From positions 62,001-126,000 of the forward strand of contig NIVC01002864.1 in assembly GCA_002269645.1 (NCBI GenBank): a stretch of DNA of 64,000 nt, in the 5' to 3' direction. The first letter of the stretch is position 1; every line of letters starts with the position of its first letter. Made by a program: the position numbers and the translations under genes. Shown in pieces: positions 11,872-25,260 of the stretch. The notes beneath the pieces are model-generated. The model did no database searches. It saw only the letters and a list, made by a program, of their open reading frames with translations, and was not told the DNA's origin. This DNA is from Macrostomum lignano (lineage: Eukaryota).

Positions 11872-13835
11872 ATGATGGGCGCCCCTGTCCCTTGGTGGAA
11901 ACCCCTGTCTCTTGGGGGAAACCCCTGTCTCTTGGGGGAAACCCCTGTCTCTTGGGGGAAACCCCTGTCTCTTGGGGGAAACCCCTGTCTCTTGGTGGAA
12001 ACCCCTGTCTCTTGGGGGAAACCCCTGTCTCTTGGTGGGCGCCCCTGTCTCTTGGTGGGCGCCCCTGTCCCTTGGTGGAAACCCCTGTCTCTTGGGGGAA
12101 ACCCCTGTCTCTTGGGGGAAACCCCTGTCTCTTGGGGGAAACCCCTGTCTCTTGGGGGAAACCCCTGTCTCTTGGGGGAAACCCCTGTCTCTTGGGGGAA
12201 ACCCCTGTCTCTTGGTGGGCGCCCCTGTCTCTTGGTGGGCGCCCCTGTCTCTTGGTGGAAACCCCTGTCTCTTGGTGGAAACCCCTGTCTCTTGGTGGGC
12301 GCCCCTGTCTCTTGGTGGGCGCCCCTGTCTCTTGGTGGAAACCCCTGTCTCTTGGTGGAAACCCCTGTCTCTTGGTGGGCGCCCCTGTCTCTTGGTGGGC
12401 GCCCCTGTCTCTTGGTAGAAACCCCTGTCTCTTGGTGGAAACCCCTGTCTCTTGGTGGAAACCCCTTTCTCTTGGTGGGCGCCCCTGTCTCTTGGTGGGC
12501 GCCCCTGTCTCTTGGTGGAAACCCCTGTCTCTTGGGGGAAACCCCTGTCTCTTGGTGGAAACCCCTGTCTCTTGGTGGGCGCCCTTGTCTCTTGGTGGGC
12601 GCCCCTGTCTCTTGGTGGAAACCCCTGTCTCTTGGTGGAAACCCCTGTCTCTTGGGGAAACCCCTGTCTCTTGGTGGAAACCCCTGTCTCTTGGTGGGCG
12701 CCCCTGTCTCTTGGTGGGCGCCCCTGTCTCTTGGTGGAAACCCCTGTCTCTTGGTGGAAACCCCTGTCTCTTGGGGGAAACCCCTGTCTCTTGGGGGAAA
12801 CCCCTGTCTCTTGGGGGAAACCCCTGTCTCTTGGGGGAAACCCCTGTCTCTTGGGGGAAACCCCTGTCTCTTGGGGAAACCCCTGTCTCTTGGGGAAGCC
12901 CCTGTCTCTTGGGGAAACCCCTGTCTCTTGGGGGAAACCCCTGTCTCTTGGGGGAAACCCCTGTCTCTTGGGGGAAACCCCTGTCTCTTGGTGGGCGCCC
13001 CTGTCCCTTGGTGGGCGCCCCTGTCTCTTGGTGGAAACCCCTGTCTCTTGGTGGAAACCCCTGTCTCTTGGTGGGCGCCCCTGTCTCTTGGTGGGCGCCC
13101 CTGTCTCTTGGTGGAAACCCCTGTCTCTTGGTGGAAACCCCTGTCTCTTGGTGGGCGCCCCTGTCTCTTGGTGGGCGCCCCTGTCTCTTGGTAGAAACCC
13201 CTGTCTCTTGGTGGAAACCCCTGTCTCTTGGTGGAAACCCCTTTCTCTTGGTGGGCGCCCCTGCCTCTTGGTGGGCGCCCCTGTCTCTTGGTGGAAACCC
13301 CTGTCTCTTGGGGGAAACCCCTGTCTCTTGGTGGAAACCCCTGTCTCTTGGTGGGCGCCCTTGTCTCTTGGTGGGCGCCCCTGTCTCTTGGTGGAAACCC
13401 CTGTCTCTTGGTGGAAACCCCTGTCTCTTGGGGGAAACCCCTGTCTCTTGGTGGAAACCCCTGTCTCTTGGTGGGCGCCCCTGTCTCTTGGTGGGCGCCC
13501 CTGTCTCTTGGTGGAAACCCCTGTCTCTTGGTGGAACTCCTGTCTCTCAGTGGAAACCCCTGTCTCTTGGTGGGCGCCCCCTGTCTCTTGGTGGGCGCCC
13601 CCTGTGTCTGTGGGCGCCCCTGTCTCTTGGTGGGCGCCCCTGTCTCTTGGTGGGCGATCCCTGTGTCTTGGTGGGCGCCCCCTGTGTCTTGGTGGGCGCC
13701 CCTGTCTCTTGGTGGGCGCCCCTGTCACTTGGTGGGCGCCCCCTGTCTTGGTGGGCGCCCCCTGTGTCTTGGTGGGCGCCCCTGTCTCTTGGTGGGCGCC
13801 CCTGTCTCTTAGTCTGTGTCTCGGTGGGCGTCCCT
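11872..13835. repeat. 20-bp minisatellite (CTTGGTGGAAACCCCTGTCT / CTTGGTGGGCGCCCCTGTCT)
   Basis: About 95 units in three interspersed variants; source of several long spurious ORFs. Confidence 0.95.
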
Positions 13836-14256
13836 GTCTCAAGGTGGGCTTTTTTAAAAGTTTTTTTTCAAATTGGCTGCTCTAAAGACCAGAGTTTAGA
13901 CCATAGACTATGAAAATCAAAAGCGTACGATGGGCTTAATTGTCAAAGAAATTTACTGTACTGCAAGAATTAAAATAGCCAGAGGATATCAACTGGATAT
14001 CGTAGGCTAACAATCTTTTATTAAATGCACACGATCAAAATGTTGTTAACTTACAAGGGCAATCTTAAATGCTCGCTATCTAGCGTGTAGAGCAGTACGT
14101 TTTTCCTTTGTAGGGATTATCTAGAGCCAAAGTATCAATTTAACTTTTTGACTCCCATTTGGCTGCCGCGTCTCTGGTCTCAGCTCCTATCTCTCTTCTC
14201 TTGATCTCTTCTTTACTTTTTTTTCCAATAAAAATGAGTCTGAGGTAAAAAAAGTA

Positions 14257-15788
14257 CAGGGCGTCGCCACCGGGAGGACAGGGGGAGGTGTCCCCCCCCA
14301 ATAAAAGCTACAGTAATGGGGGACATGTCAATATGCTTTGTCCATGTGACCCGTTATGGATATAAAAAAATTTGCTTCAGGGCGACAAAATATAGCGCCC
14401 ACGGCGCCAAAACGAGTGTCTGCGGAGCCAAAATGAGTGCCTGCGGAGCCAAAATGAGTGTCTGCGGAGCCAAAATGAGTGCCTGCGGAGCCAAAATGAG
14501 TGTCTGCGGAGCCAAAATGAGTGCCTGCGGAGCCAAAATGAGTGTCTGCGGAGCCAAAATGAGTGCCTGCGGAGCCAAAATGAGTGCCTGCGGAGCCAAA
14601 ATGAGTGTCTGCGGAGCCAAAATGAGTGTCTGCGGAGCCAAAATGAGTGCCTGCGGAGCCAAAATGAGTGTCTGCGGAGCCAAAATGAGTGCCTGCGGAG
14701 CCAAAATGAGTGCCTGCGGAGCCAAAATGAGTGTCTGCGGAGCCAAAATGAGTGTCTGCGGAGCCAAAATGAGTGCCTGCGGAGCCAAAATGAGTGTCTG
14801 CGGAGCCAAAATGAGTGTCTGCGGAGCCAAAATGAGTGCCTGCGGAGCCAAAATGAGTGTCTGCGGAGCCAAAATGAGTGCCTGCGGAGCCAAAATGAGT
14901 GTCTGCGGAGCCAAAATGAGTGCCTGCGGAGCCAAAATGAGTGCCTGCGGCGCTAAAATGAGTGCCTGCAGCGCTAAAATGAGTGCCTGCAGCGCTAAAA
15001 TGAGTGCCTGCGGCGCCAAAATGAGTGCCTGCGGCGCTAAAATGAGTGCCTGCAGCGCTAAAATGAGTACCTGCGGCGCTAAAATGAGTGCCTGCGGCGC
15101 TAAAATGAGTGTCTGCGGCGCTAAAATGAGTGGCTGCGGCGCTAAAATGAGTGCCTGCAGCGCTAAAATGAGTGCCTGCGGTGCTAAAATGAGTGCCTGC
15201 GGCGCTAAAATGAGTGCCTGCAGCGCTAAAATGAGTGCCTGCGGCGCTAAAATGAGTGCCTGCGGCGCTAAAATGAGTGTCTGCGGCGCTAAAATGAGTG
15301 CCTGCGGCGCTAAAATGAGTGCCTGCGGGGCTAAAATGAGTGTCTGCGGCGCTAAAATGAGTGTCTGCGGCGCTAATGAGTTCCTGCGGCGCTAAAATGA
15401 GTGCCTGCGGCGCTAAAATGAGTGCCTGCGGCGCTAAAATGAGTGCCTGCGGCGCTAAAATGAGTGCCTTCGGCGCTAAAATGAGTGCCTGCGGCGCTAA
15501 AATGAGTGCCTGCGGCGCTAAAATGAGTGCCTGCGGCGCTAAAATGAGTGCCTGCGGAGCCAAAATGAGTGCCTGCGGTGCCAAAATGAGTACCTGCGGC
15601 GCTAAAATGAGTGCCTGTGGCGCCGAAATGAGTGCCTGCGGCGCCGAAATGAGTGCCTGCGGCGCTAAAATGAGTGCCTGCGGCGCTAAAATGAGCACTG
15701 GCAACACCGATTCTGAAAATAATGTACATGTAGATTTAGAATTCTTGGCTTGTTTTCCACCACCATAAAATCCATGGCGACGCGTCTG
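14257..15788 (+). mobile_element. Non-autonomous TIR element (family copy 1) containing ~60 units of a 21-bp minisatellite (14410-15700)
   Basis: 5' CAGGGCGTCGCCA and 3' TGGCGACGCGTCTG form imperfect TIRs. Unique flanks (GTGACCCGTTATG..; CAACACCGATTCT..AAAATCCATGGCGACG) are shared with copies at 27.1, 28.6 and 39.5 kb. Confidence 0.75.
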
Positions 15789-16698
15789 GAAATATATTTT
15801 GATCTACTAACTAAGTAGTATGGACAGTTTAGTATTTCTACATAAATTAAGAGGTAGGAAAAGTGATGCAGTATGTGTAGATCGCTTTTTTCGGATCTTC
15901 GATGTTATTATGTAGTTTATTTGCATTATAGACTACTTATAGTATACGATTTTTATGGTTTTCAATTTATTTAAAACTTCATGTTTCAAGAGTACGTTAA
16001 GCCACTCTCTTTGACCTACAATTTTGTCACGTACATATACAACTGCTTCTTCTTTATTTCCTAAAAAGAGGTTTTTATACGCGGAAAAAAAACGTAATGA
16101 TATTAAAACTTCGTTTCTTAGGAAACTATTGTCCTATTGAGACATGGTAGATCGATTGTTTTGTAGATATATGAGGAAAAAATATTACACCAGGTATAGC
16201 TACAGTTAGTGAAAAGCTAAAAACTTCCTCTCAAACTTTATCTTTCAATATTTTTTCCTGGAAATGCTCCATGTTTTTTTATTTTAGTCAGTTATCAGGG
16301 CTCTGATATGAGCGAAAATGACATTTCCACTTTCCAGGAATCTTTCCGGATCTATTTCGCCACACTGAAACGACCTCTTATGGTTGCGAACTTGCGTCCT
16401 GCAATTTCCGAGTGGAACTACAATAAATATGAATAAATTAATGAATTTGTTCTTCATTTCCCGTTCGATCTAGCTACTAGTAATAATGTACTTTTTTACT
16501 CGAACCGCAAGCAAGCATGCTGTTCGGGAGGAAAAGTCAATCCCCCGATTCCCCGCTGTTTTCCCCTGCATGTTCTTTAGGCCGAATCCAGGTCTTACCC
16601 CCCCCCCACCACTCTCGACCCTCAGTCATGCGTTGCGCATGTGCGAGGCCCTGAACTAGGCTGTACACCAAAGTACACAGAGGTCTGGAGCGTACAAT

Positions 16699-17083
16699 CA
16701 TAGATAAAGTATACATAGATTCCACCCCTGCCCAGAATGTACACACGCTCGTGTCCAAACTTTGACCACCATAAAACTCACCGTGCTCTCATTGGCTGGC
16801 GCGAAAGCCTTCCTTTCAACCCCTTCGATTTCATTCCCTCACCCCTTCCACACAAGAAAGCTTTATAACTTTAATGCGCGGAACGAAAGGATGTCTTACC
16901 AGTTTCAACAGTTTAGCAAGAATGAAGTCGACACGCAAGTGTTCCGGAGTTGGGGGAATGTACACACGTGGACTCAATGTGCATAGCGTGGCCCAGCCAA
17001 TAGGAGCGCAGTGAATAAAGTGATGGTCACAATTTAGACACTCCGCGGGGGCAGGGGTGGAATCTATGTATACTTTATCTATG
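16699..17083. mobile_element. 385-bp MITE with perfect 35-bp TIRs and 8-bp TSD (P-element- or hAT-type)
   Basis: CATAGATAAAGTATACATAGATTCCACCCCTGCCC (16699-16733) is the exact reverse complement of 17049-17083. CGTACAAT is duplicated at 16691-16698 and 17084-17091. Confidence 0.92.
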
Positions 17084-17384
17084 CGTACAATCCGCTTGCC
17101 TTTCACGCCACTATAACTTTGCCCTTAATAGTTCTCTTCTTTAATGCGATAAGTATTGATCCTAACAAAAGGTTGTCTTGAACTTTATTAAACTCCTGCT
17201 TCCTGGGCTGTTTATTGACAAAAACAGAGTCAGAAAAAAGCAGAAGGAAAAGTTTTAAACCAAGCAGTCAGTTAAATTATGTACATACATGGTTCCGTTC
17301 CGTGTTTCAGCATTGGGGAGCAAAAGTTCAGCTAAGCAATAATAACTTTTGTACGAAGCTTAAAAATGCATTGTTTTAAAGTGC

Positions 17385-18420
17385 GTGGAGAGGTAGATAG
17401 GTAGAGATAGAGAAGTAGATCTTTGGGAGGTATAGAGAGGTAGAGAAGTTCATCTGTAGGAGGTAGAGTGGTAGAGAAGTAAATCTGTGGGAGGTAGAGT
17501 GGTAGAGAGGTAGAGAAGTAGATCTGCAGAAGGTTAGAGTGGTAGATAAGTAGATCTGTAGAAGGTTAGAGTGGTAGAGAAGTAGATCTGTAGAAGGTTA
17601 GAGTGGTAGAGAAGTAGAGAAGTAGATCTGTAGAAGGTAGAGTGGTAGAGAGGTAGAGAAGTCGATCTGTAGAAGGTAGAGTGGTAGAGAAGTAGATCTG
17701 TAGAAGGTAGAGTGGTAGAGAAGTAGAGAAGTAGATCTGCAGAAGGTAGAGTGGTAGAGAAGTAGATCTGCAGAAAGTAGAGTGGTAGAGTGGTAGAGAA
17801 GTAAATCTGTAGGAGGTAGAGTGGTAGAGAAGTAGATCTGCAGAAGGTAGAGTGGTAGAGAAGTAAATCTGTAGGAGGTAGAGTGGTAGAGAAGTAGAGA
17901 AGTAGATCTGCAGAAGGTAGAGTGGTAGAGAAGTAGATCTGCAGAAAGTAGAGTGGTAGAGTGGTAGAGAAGTAAATCTGTAGGAGGTAGAGTGGTAGAG
18001 AAGTAGATCTGCAGAAGGTAGAGTGGTAGAGAAGTAGAGAAGTAGATCTGCAGAAAGTAGAGTGGTAGAGTGGTAGAGAAGTAAATCTGTAGGAGGTAGA
18101 GTGGTAGAGAAGTAGAGAAGTAGATCTGCAGAAGGTAGAGTGGTAGAGTGGTAGAGAAGTAGATCTGTAGGGGGTAGAGTGGTAGAGTAGTAGAGAAGTA
18201 GATCTGTAGAAAGTTAGAGTGGTAGAGTGGTAGAGAAGTAGATCTGTAGAAAGTTAGAGTGGTAGAGAAGTAGATCTGTAGGAGATAGAGTGGTAGAGTG
18301 GTAGAGAAGTATGTCTATAGAAGGTAGAGTGGTAGAGACTTAGAGAATTAGATCTGTAGGAGGTAGAGCGATAGAGTGCACATAGAGATGTAGAGAAGTA
18401 GACTGGTAGACTGGTAAAGA
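17385..18420. repeat. Composite purine-rich minisatellite (GTAGAGTGGTAGAGAAGTAGATCTGCAGAAG)
   Basis: Mosaic of 8-bp and ~31-bp subunits. Confidence 0.88.
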
Positions 18421-19054
18421 GCTTGAATCGTAGGGAACCCGAGAACGAGCATAGCGAGAGCTAGCGAATACGCACTCCCGAGAAAGGTAGGGGATGAGGT
18501 GAGCATAGAAGTAGAACCTTCGCGTTCTCAGGCCCACAGCAGTGCGCATAAACAAGCGCTGGACTCGCTCACTCCAGTCACAGCGGCAGTCAACAAGTCA
18601 GTCACATAAAGGCGGCCTGTTGAGTTTCAGACAATCTGGCCGGCGCCCAGCACCGATTTGCACTTTTCACGCAGTCGCTGTTGCAGTGTCAATCTCTTTT
18701 TAGCCGTTAACTCAGCTGTAAGCTTAGCTGTGTAAGTAAAAAGGCAGAATATTGTTGGGTAGGTAGACGCTAAGGAATGTCAATGTTTATGCCAGAGCAA
18801 TTCTACTCCATGGTGTCACTTGTTTAAATAAAAACACACCGAGATATTTTTATTTGCGACTCAATCAAAGTACGCGAAAACTCAAATGAGAAAAATCTAC
18901 AACTCAGACTGTTTACAAGCGACGGTTCTTTTTAGGTGATTATCTGCAACCCTGGATTGATTTCCTGATTTCCCTTGAAGCTAAACTCAAGAAAGTCTCT
19001 CGAGTGTACGTACCTATTAATATCAAGTGCAAGTCTGCTCAAGTTTCAGAATAG

Positions 19055-19460
19055 GGGCGCCATTTCATTTGAGGTAGAGGCGCCATTTCATTTGGGAGAG
19101 GGGCGCCAATTCATTTGAGTGAGGGGCGCCATTTCATTTGGGAGAGGGGCGCCATTTCATTTGAGAGAGGGGCGCCTTTAATTTAAGTGAGGGGCGCCAG
19201 TTCATTTAAGTGAGGGGCGCCATTTCATTTGGGAGAGGGGCGCCAATTCATTTGAGTGAGGGGCGCCATTTCATTTGGGAGACGAGCGCCATTTCATTTA
19301 AAAGAGGGGCGCCATTTCATTTGAGTGAGGGGTGCCATAATTCATTTGAGTGAGGGGCGCCATTTTATTTGAGTGAGGGGCGCCATTTCATTTGAATGAG
19401 GGGCGCCATTTTATTTAAGAGAGCTGGGGCGCCATTTCATTTGAGGGAGGGGCGCCACTT
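19055..19460. repeat. 23-bp minisatellite (GGGGCGCCATTTCATTTGAGTGA)
   Basis: About 17 tandem units. Confidence 0.9.
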
Positions 19461-20235
19461 CATGAGTCTTTTAAAATTTAAGAAGATTTGAAAATTTTGG
19501 CACTAAAAGCAGCGCATGAGTTCCAGTCCCAAACAAAGCGCATGACGACGACGTCATCCTTCAGACCCCATGGACAGGGCATCGTTTCATCCACAAATAT
19601 GGAAGACAGATGCCCTGCTGTCGAACCAAAAGCAAAATACCTCTCTCTCTCTCTCTCTGCATGCGCCACTTGCCTTCATATTTTAGAGATAGTAGTTCGA
19701 AGTTTCTAAAAATGGCATCAAATCTTCTAAACGAAACTTGAGGACAGGACTGTGTTGATCTGTCCATTTCTTGAAAAAACTGGATGCAAATTTGCTTCTG
19801 TAGCCTGTCTCACCCACCAGACTCACTCCGAAATCTCGTCTCTATACGACCACTTCGCCCAGCTTCATCGCTATTAAAATTCCAGATGCCTTGTGCACGC
19901 TAAAAATCTAACAAAACAGTTTGAGCTGTGTTCACAGTCTGAGAACAGGGTCACCTAAGGTTATTCGAGTGCTTTCGGGCACAAGCATGTTTTAATTGAA
20001 CCCCTATAGAGTCTCTCACACTCACAATACCCAACTCTCAGGACTGTACACTGGAAAGCATCCAGACAAGCAGCCAGCCAACCACAGCCAGTTGGCCCAC
20101 CCCCACCCTACCCCTGCCACCAGTGCTTGCAGAATAAAATTTGCCAAAACATTGGCAACTCCCTGCGCGTGTCAAGCTCGTATACTGGTAACTCCAGGAA
20201 CCATAGCGAACCGAAATCTTGCTAGTCAAGACAGA

Positions 20236-21856
20236 ATGCGCACGGATCCCGCATCGCCGCCTAGCGAGGACGACCGAATCCGGTTCGGCCTGAGCACCAG
20301 GATGAACAAGCAGGAACTGCTCGATCTGCTACAGGCCGCCAGCGAGGGAGCCGTCAAGTCCAAGCCGCTCTCCCGCGTTGACGGTCTCGAATTCACTTCC
20401 ATCGGCTGCGGAATTCTTGTCCTGGCCGAGAGCGACTCACTTCATGTTGTCTTCTGCCTTCGAGCTCTCGACATCTGCTGCGAATACGAGATCCGGGCTC
20501 GCCTGACCTGCTGCATCCAGATTGACGGCAATCTGGTCAGCTGCCGAGCCCTGGCAGAGCCCGCCTCCTGGACCACCGGCAGAGACATCGTCACGCTGCC
20601 CTCCTGCCTCAGCCGCTCCGATCTGGAGAACCCTGCGGGTGCCGCCGAGGAAACTTCGTCAGATCCGAGCGCATCCATTGTCGAGTTCTGCTTCCTCCTC
20701 CGCATCACGGACGCGTCGCCAGCGTTCCTGAAGCCACCGCCTGTGGCCGCATTCGACGGGGTGCCCGGCAACGGCTACGGCGGCGATGATGAGGAGGACG
20801 AGGAAGGCGGACCCAGCGAAGAAGACATCGACGAATCGGCCTGGGTGACGCTGCGATGCCGGGACGGCTCGGTGCGGGCGCCCCGGCTGCTGCTGCTGAC
20901 GCACTCCGACTACTGCCGCGTGCTGCTCACCTCGCCGTTGTGGAACTTCGACGCCGATCGAGACGCGGCCATCCACTGCGACGCGGAGTACACCTTCGAG
21001 ATGAAGTGCTTCCTGTTCTACCTGCAGTCGCATCAGTCCTTCAACATTGCCAGGTTTGAAACGTTTCGCATGCTGGCTCGCATTGCGGATCAATATGGCG
21101 TGCCGGCGGTTCTGCTGCAGTGCAGTCGGTTCATCAACCACTGCCTACAGGTGAGACTGGCGGCTTCCGAAGGGTTTGGCAGGTCACGGATCCGGTCGGG
21201 GGTGGTGCGAGCTCGTCCAGTCCCAGTGGGTGTCCGAGGTGCCGTCTTCGCGCTTCGTTGAAATGCGGGCAGAAGGTGACGGTGTGCTACAAAGTTTCCT
21301 CCTCTAGATCACAAAAGGGACAAATCGGAGAGCAATCACTTTGTAGTGAAAGAAGGAAGGATTGGGTATTGTTGCTTTTAATTTGTTGGGTTTTCGTCAC
21401 TAGGAAATTTTCCGGCCTACGCCTTACAGTTAAGAGCAAAGCATGTTTCGCCCAAAGTTAAAGTTCAAAGTTAGGCCATTTTTAATCCGTTTGGTGTCAT
21501 GAAACAATGACGTGTAATTTTTCTGTAAAATCTCTACATTCCAGATGGACGCCGCAGCCAAACCGACCGGCTCTGGCGGCTCTGTGACGTCGTCATCAGG
21601 CGAGGCGTCTCAGACTCAGACTCGGATCAGCTGGAGCCCAGGCGATCTCGTCAGCCTGTGGCTCACCTGCAACCGGCACTTGCATGAGCCGCAGCTGCAA
21701 CTGGCCGTGATGCGCGCGATTCGGCGACACTTTTCCTACAGCAGCGTTGTGCAGAGCCAGGACTTCCAGTTCCTGTCGGAGAACGACAAGAACTGCTTCT
21801 GCCACGAGTTTTGTCTGCTGGATGGCGGTGGCTCGCCGAGGTCTCAGACCGCCTGA
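20236..21856 (+). CDS. BTB/POZ-domain protein with MATH-like N-terminal region (SPOP/BATH-like), ~408 aa; exons 20236-21150, 21545-21856
   Basis: [62 protein letters not shown] is a BTB pattern. An upstream beta-rich [16 protein letters not shown] segment precedes it. Phase-0 intron CAG|GTGAGA..TTCCAG|ATG. The MATH assignment is weaker. Confidence 0.8.
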
Positions 21857-23015
21857 CTGGACTCAAAACTCTCTTTGCCGTTCATTCCTGTCAGGTTTTG
21901 ATTGCGTGCGGGACTCGAACCATTGCGGTCTAGTCGGCACAATGATTTACTACTTAGGTCTGTTCTGTAAATGTGTGTCCTAAATCAATGCCCATACTTC
22001 GATTCTTTAGTTCTTGTACTTAGAAAAGTAATTCACGAGATTCGGCCCTATTTTTTACACAAAACTTCACCCTTCGCTCTCGCTTTTTATGCTATGGTTA
22101 AATTGTAAATTCAAAATTTTATTATCAATCATTCTGCGATGCAATGCACTATTAATGAGCGCCAATACTGCAGTATCGACGTTCGATCATAAATCGTTTT
22201 TATTCGTTTCTGATGCCCCTTCGCCTAGCTGCTCTCCTGATATTGCACCCGAGTCTGTCTACTGAATCATTTCAAGCGTTAATTGTGCAAAAAAAATCTG
22301 AGAGTTAAAAACGGAGTTTTCTGCGCAATAAAAAATACGCATCGTCACTCAGTTTTTTTGTTCGATCAAAACTTGGTGCAACCCGTCTGGTTTAAGAATT
22401 GGACCGGCTTTTGGGCAGTAAATTATGCAGTTCTTTGAAATGCGGAAGCAGCCAGTTGAATCCAGCTGCATGCGGAACCAAAATGCGGTGAGGGGGAGCG
22501 GGGTCGCTGCTCCCCAAGCAATACAGCCATGAACGGAAGGAACGCGAGAGAGAGAGAGACAGAAACTACTTTGCCCTTCTAGGTAGTTGTTTGTACGCTT
22601 GAGAGCGGGGTCTTAAAGGTAACCCCCCCCTCCCGCCTTCCCCCTCTCCTCCTCCAGCTCCAGTCCTATTATCACAATCCACAAGTTGCGTACAGTCGAG
22701 GCGGATTGAGAACCCTGAAAAGCAAGACTCGGAAAGCGGTTTTATCCAGTCTTCTTATTCACACTACTACGACTACTGAGCTGGAGAACTCTTATGTGCA
22801 CGGGAGAGAGCTTACAGATGAAGTTAAAAAGCGTTCCAATCTCTTTCCAGGGCAACAATAAGAATGAGCTCTTTGGTCTGGTTCTTGCGTAAGCCCAGCT
22901 GGGTAGCACAAAAAGGGCCATTGGTCAGAATAAATACTTAGTCATGGCTTGTCTCGCCTTTCCTAAGCTGAAGAGTCTCAAGAGTTCTAAAACGACTCTC
23001 ACCAGTAAATGATTA

Positions 23016-23384
23016 ATGAGTGCAAAGAGGCTTACAGGATCAGCAGAGTCGAGTCCGCGACCGTCCACTCAGCCAAGCATGCTTGAGCTGGGTCGGATCT
23101 ACGGTGCACCAGATTCCGGAGCTTGGATCGCTGTTTCCATGGCGACAGTGTTGCTTATTCTGCTGCTGATGTGCCTCAGCTGGCTGGGCTGCGATCCACC
23201 TCCGAGCAAGAAGCTACCATCACCTCCGCCGCCGACACAGGTGCAGCAGTCATCGACAACAGTTCAAATCGACCAGTGCGACGACTGCTCTGACAATGAT
23301 GAAGACATTGACGATCAACATTGTCGCTTGTCGCTGTCAAGCTCGAATTGTTCCGCTGATCATGTTTGTCGCGATGCTGCTTAG
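23016..23384 (+). CDS. Putative small single-pass membrane protein, 122 aa (start uncertain)
   Basis: GC-richer non-repetitive ORF with one hydrophobic segment (AWIAVSMATVLLILLLMCLSWLGC), then Pro-rich and acidic/Cys-containing tail; no family recognised. Confidence 0.4.
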   Translation: MSAKRLTGSAESSPRPSTQPSMLELGRIYGAPDSGAWIAVSMATVLLILLLMCLSWLGCDPPPSKKLPSPPPPTQVQQSSTTVQIDQCDDCSDNDEDIDDQHCRLSLSSSNCSADHVCRDAA

Positions 23385-23499
23385 AGCTTGTTGATACAAG
23401 TTTAATGTTTGTGCATGCGCATTGTGTTAGTAATTTTTTCTGCTCTGGTCAGAGATGAAGTACTGTTGTATGACTATTGCTCATCATTTTTATCATTCA

Positions 23500-25260
23500 C
23501 ATTCACACTAGGAGACAGAGGTGTCCACACTATAAGACAGGACTGTCCACACTAGGAGACAGAGGTGTCCACACTATAAGACAGGACTGTCCACACTAGG
23601 AGACAGAGGTGTCCACACTATAAGACAGGACTGTCCACACTAGGAGACAGAGGTGTCCACACTATAAGACAGGACTGTCCACACAGGAGACAGATGTGTC
23701 CACACTATAAGACAGGACTTCCACAGGAGACAGAGGTGTCCACACTATAAGACAGGACTTCCACACTATGAGACAGAGGTGTCCACACTATAAGACAGGA
23801 CTTCCACACTAGGAGACAGAGGTGTCCACACTATAAGACAGGACTGTCCACACTAGGAGACAGAGGTGTCCACACTATAAGACAGGACTGTCCACACTAG
23901 GAGACAGAGGTGTCCACACTATAAGACAGGACTGTCCACACAGGAGACATATGTGTCCACACTATAAGACAGGACTTCCACAGGAGACAGAGGTGTCCAC
24001 ACTATAAGACAGGACTTCCACACTATGAGATAGAGGTGTCAACACTATAAGACAGGACTTCCACAGGAGACAGAGGTGTCCACACTATAAGACAGGACTT
24101 CCACACTAGGAGACAGAGGTGTCCACACTATAAGACAGGACTTCCACAGGAGACAGAGGTGTCCACACTATAAGACAGGACTTCCACACTAGGAGACAGA
24201 GGTGTCCACACTATAAGACAGGACTTCCACACTAGGAGACAGAGGTGTCCACACTATAAGACAGGACTGTCCACACAGGAGACAGAGGTGTCCACACTAT
24301 AAGACAGGACTGTCCACACAGGAGACAGAGGTGTCCACACTATAAGACAGAACTGTCCACACAGGAGACAGATGTGTCCACACTATAAGACAGGACTTCC
24401 ACAGGAGACAGAGGTGTCCACACTATAAGACAGGACTTCCACACTATGAGATAGAGGTGTCAACACTATAAGACAGGACTTCCACAGGAGACAGAGGTGT
24501 CCACACTATAAGACAGGACTTCCACACTAGGAGACAGAGGTGTCCACACTATAAGACAGGACTTCCACAGGAGACAGAGGTGTCCACACTATAAGACAGG
24601 ACTTCCACACTAGGAGACAGAGGTGTCCACACTATAAGACAGGACTTCCACACTAGGAGACAGAGGTGTCCACACTATAAGACAGGACTGTCCACACAGG
24701 AGACAGAGGTGTCCACACTATAAGACAGGACTGTCCACACAGGAGACAGAGGTGTCCACACTATAAGACAGAACTGTCCACACAGGAGACAGATGTGTCC
24801 ACACTATAAGACAGGACTGTCCACACTAGGAGACAGAGGTGTCCACACTATAGGACAGGACTGTCCACACTAGGAGACAGAGGTGTCCACACTATAGGAC
24901 AGGACTGTCCACACTAGGAGACAGAGGTGTCCACACTATAAGACAGGACTGTCCACACTAGGAGACAGAGGTGTCCACACTATAGGACAGGACTGTCCAC
25001 ACTAGGAGACAGAGGTGTCCACACTATAAGACAGGATTTCCACACTAGGAGACAGAGGTGTCCACACTATAAGACAGGACTGTCCACACTAGGAGACAGA
25101 AGTGTCCACACTATAAGGGAGATGTCTTCACTGTCCACACTATAAAATATGTTCAAATTACAAAACAGAAGTATCCACACCAAGGCAGACGTGTCCACAC
25201 CATGAGAGAGGTGTCCACACTATGAGATAGAGGTGTTAACACTATAAGACAGGACTGTCC
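23500..25260. repeat. 44-bp minisatellite (two diverged 22-bp halves; ACTAGGAGACAGAGGTGTCCAC ACTATAAGACAGGACTGTCCAC)
   Basis: About 40 tandem units. Confidence 0.93.

Noticed and set aside
9494-15768. Multiple 130-700 aa ORFs at 9.5-10.6, 11.7-13.9 and 14.3-15.8 kb
   Set aside because: All are translations of stop-free 20/21-bp repeat units, mostly with non-ATG starts and overlapping on both strands.
19478-19767. Short ORFs on both strands upstream of the BTB gene
   Set aside because: No recognisable domain and no consistent splice partners.
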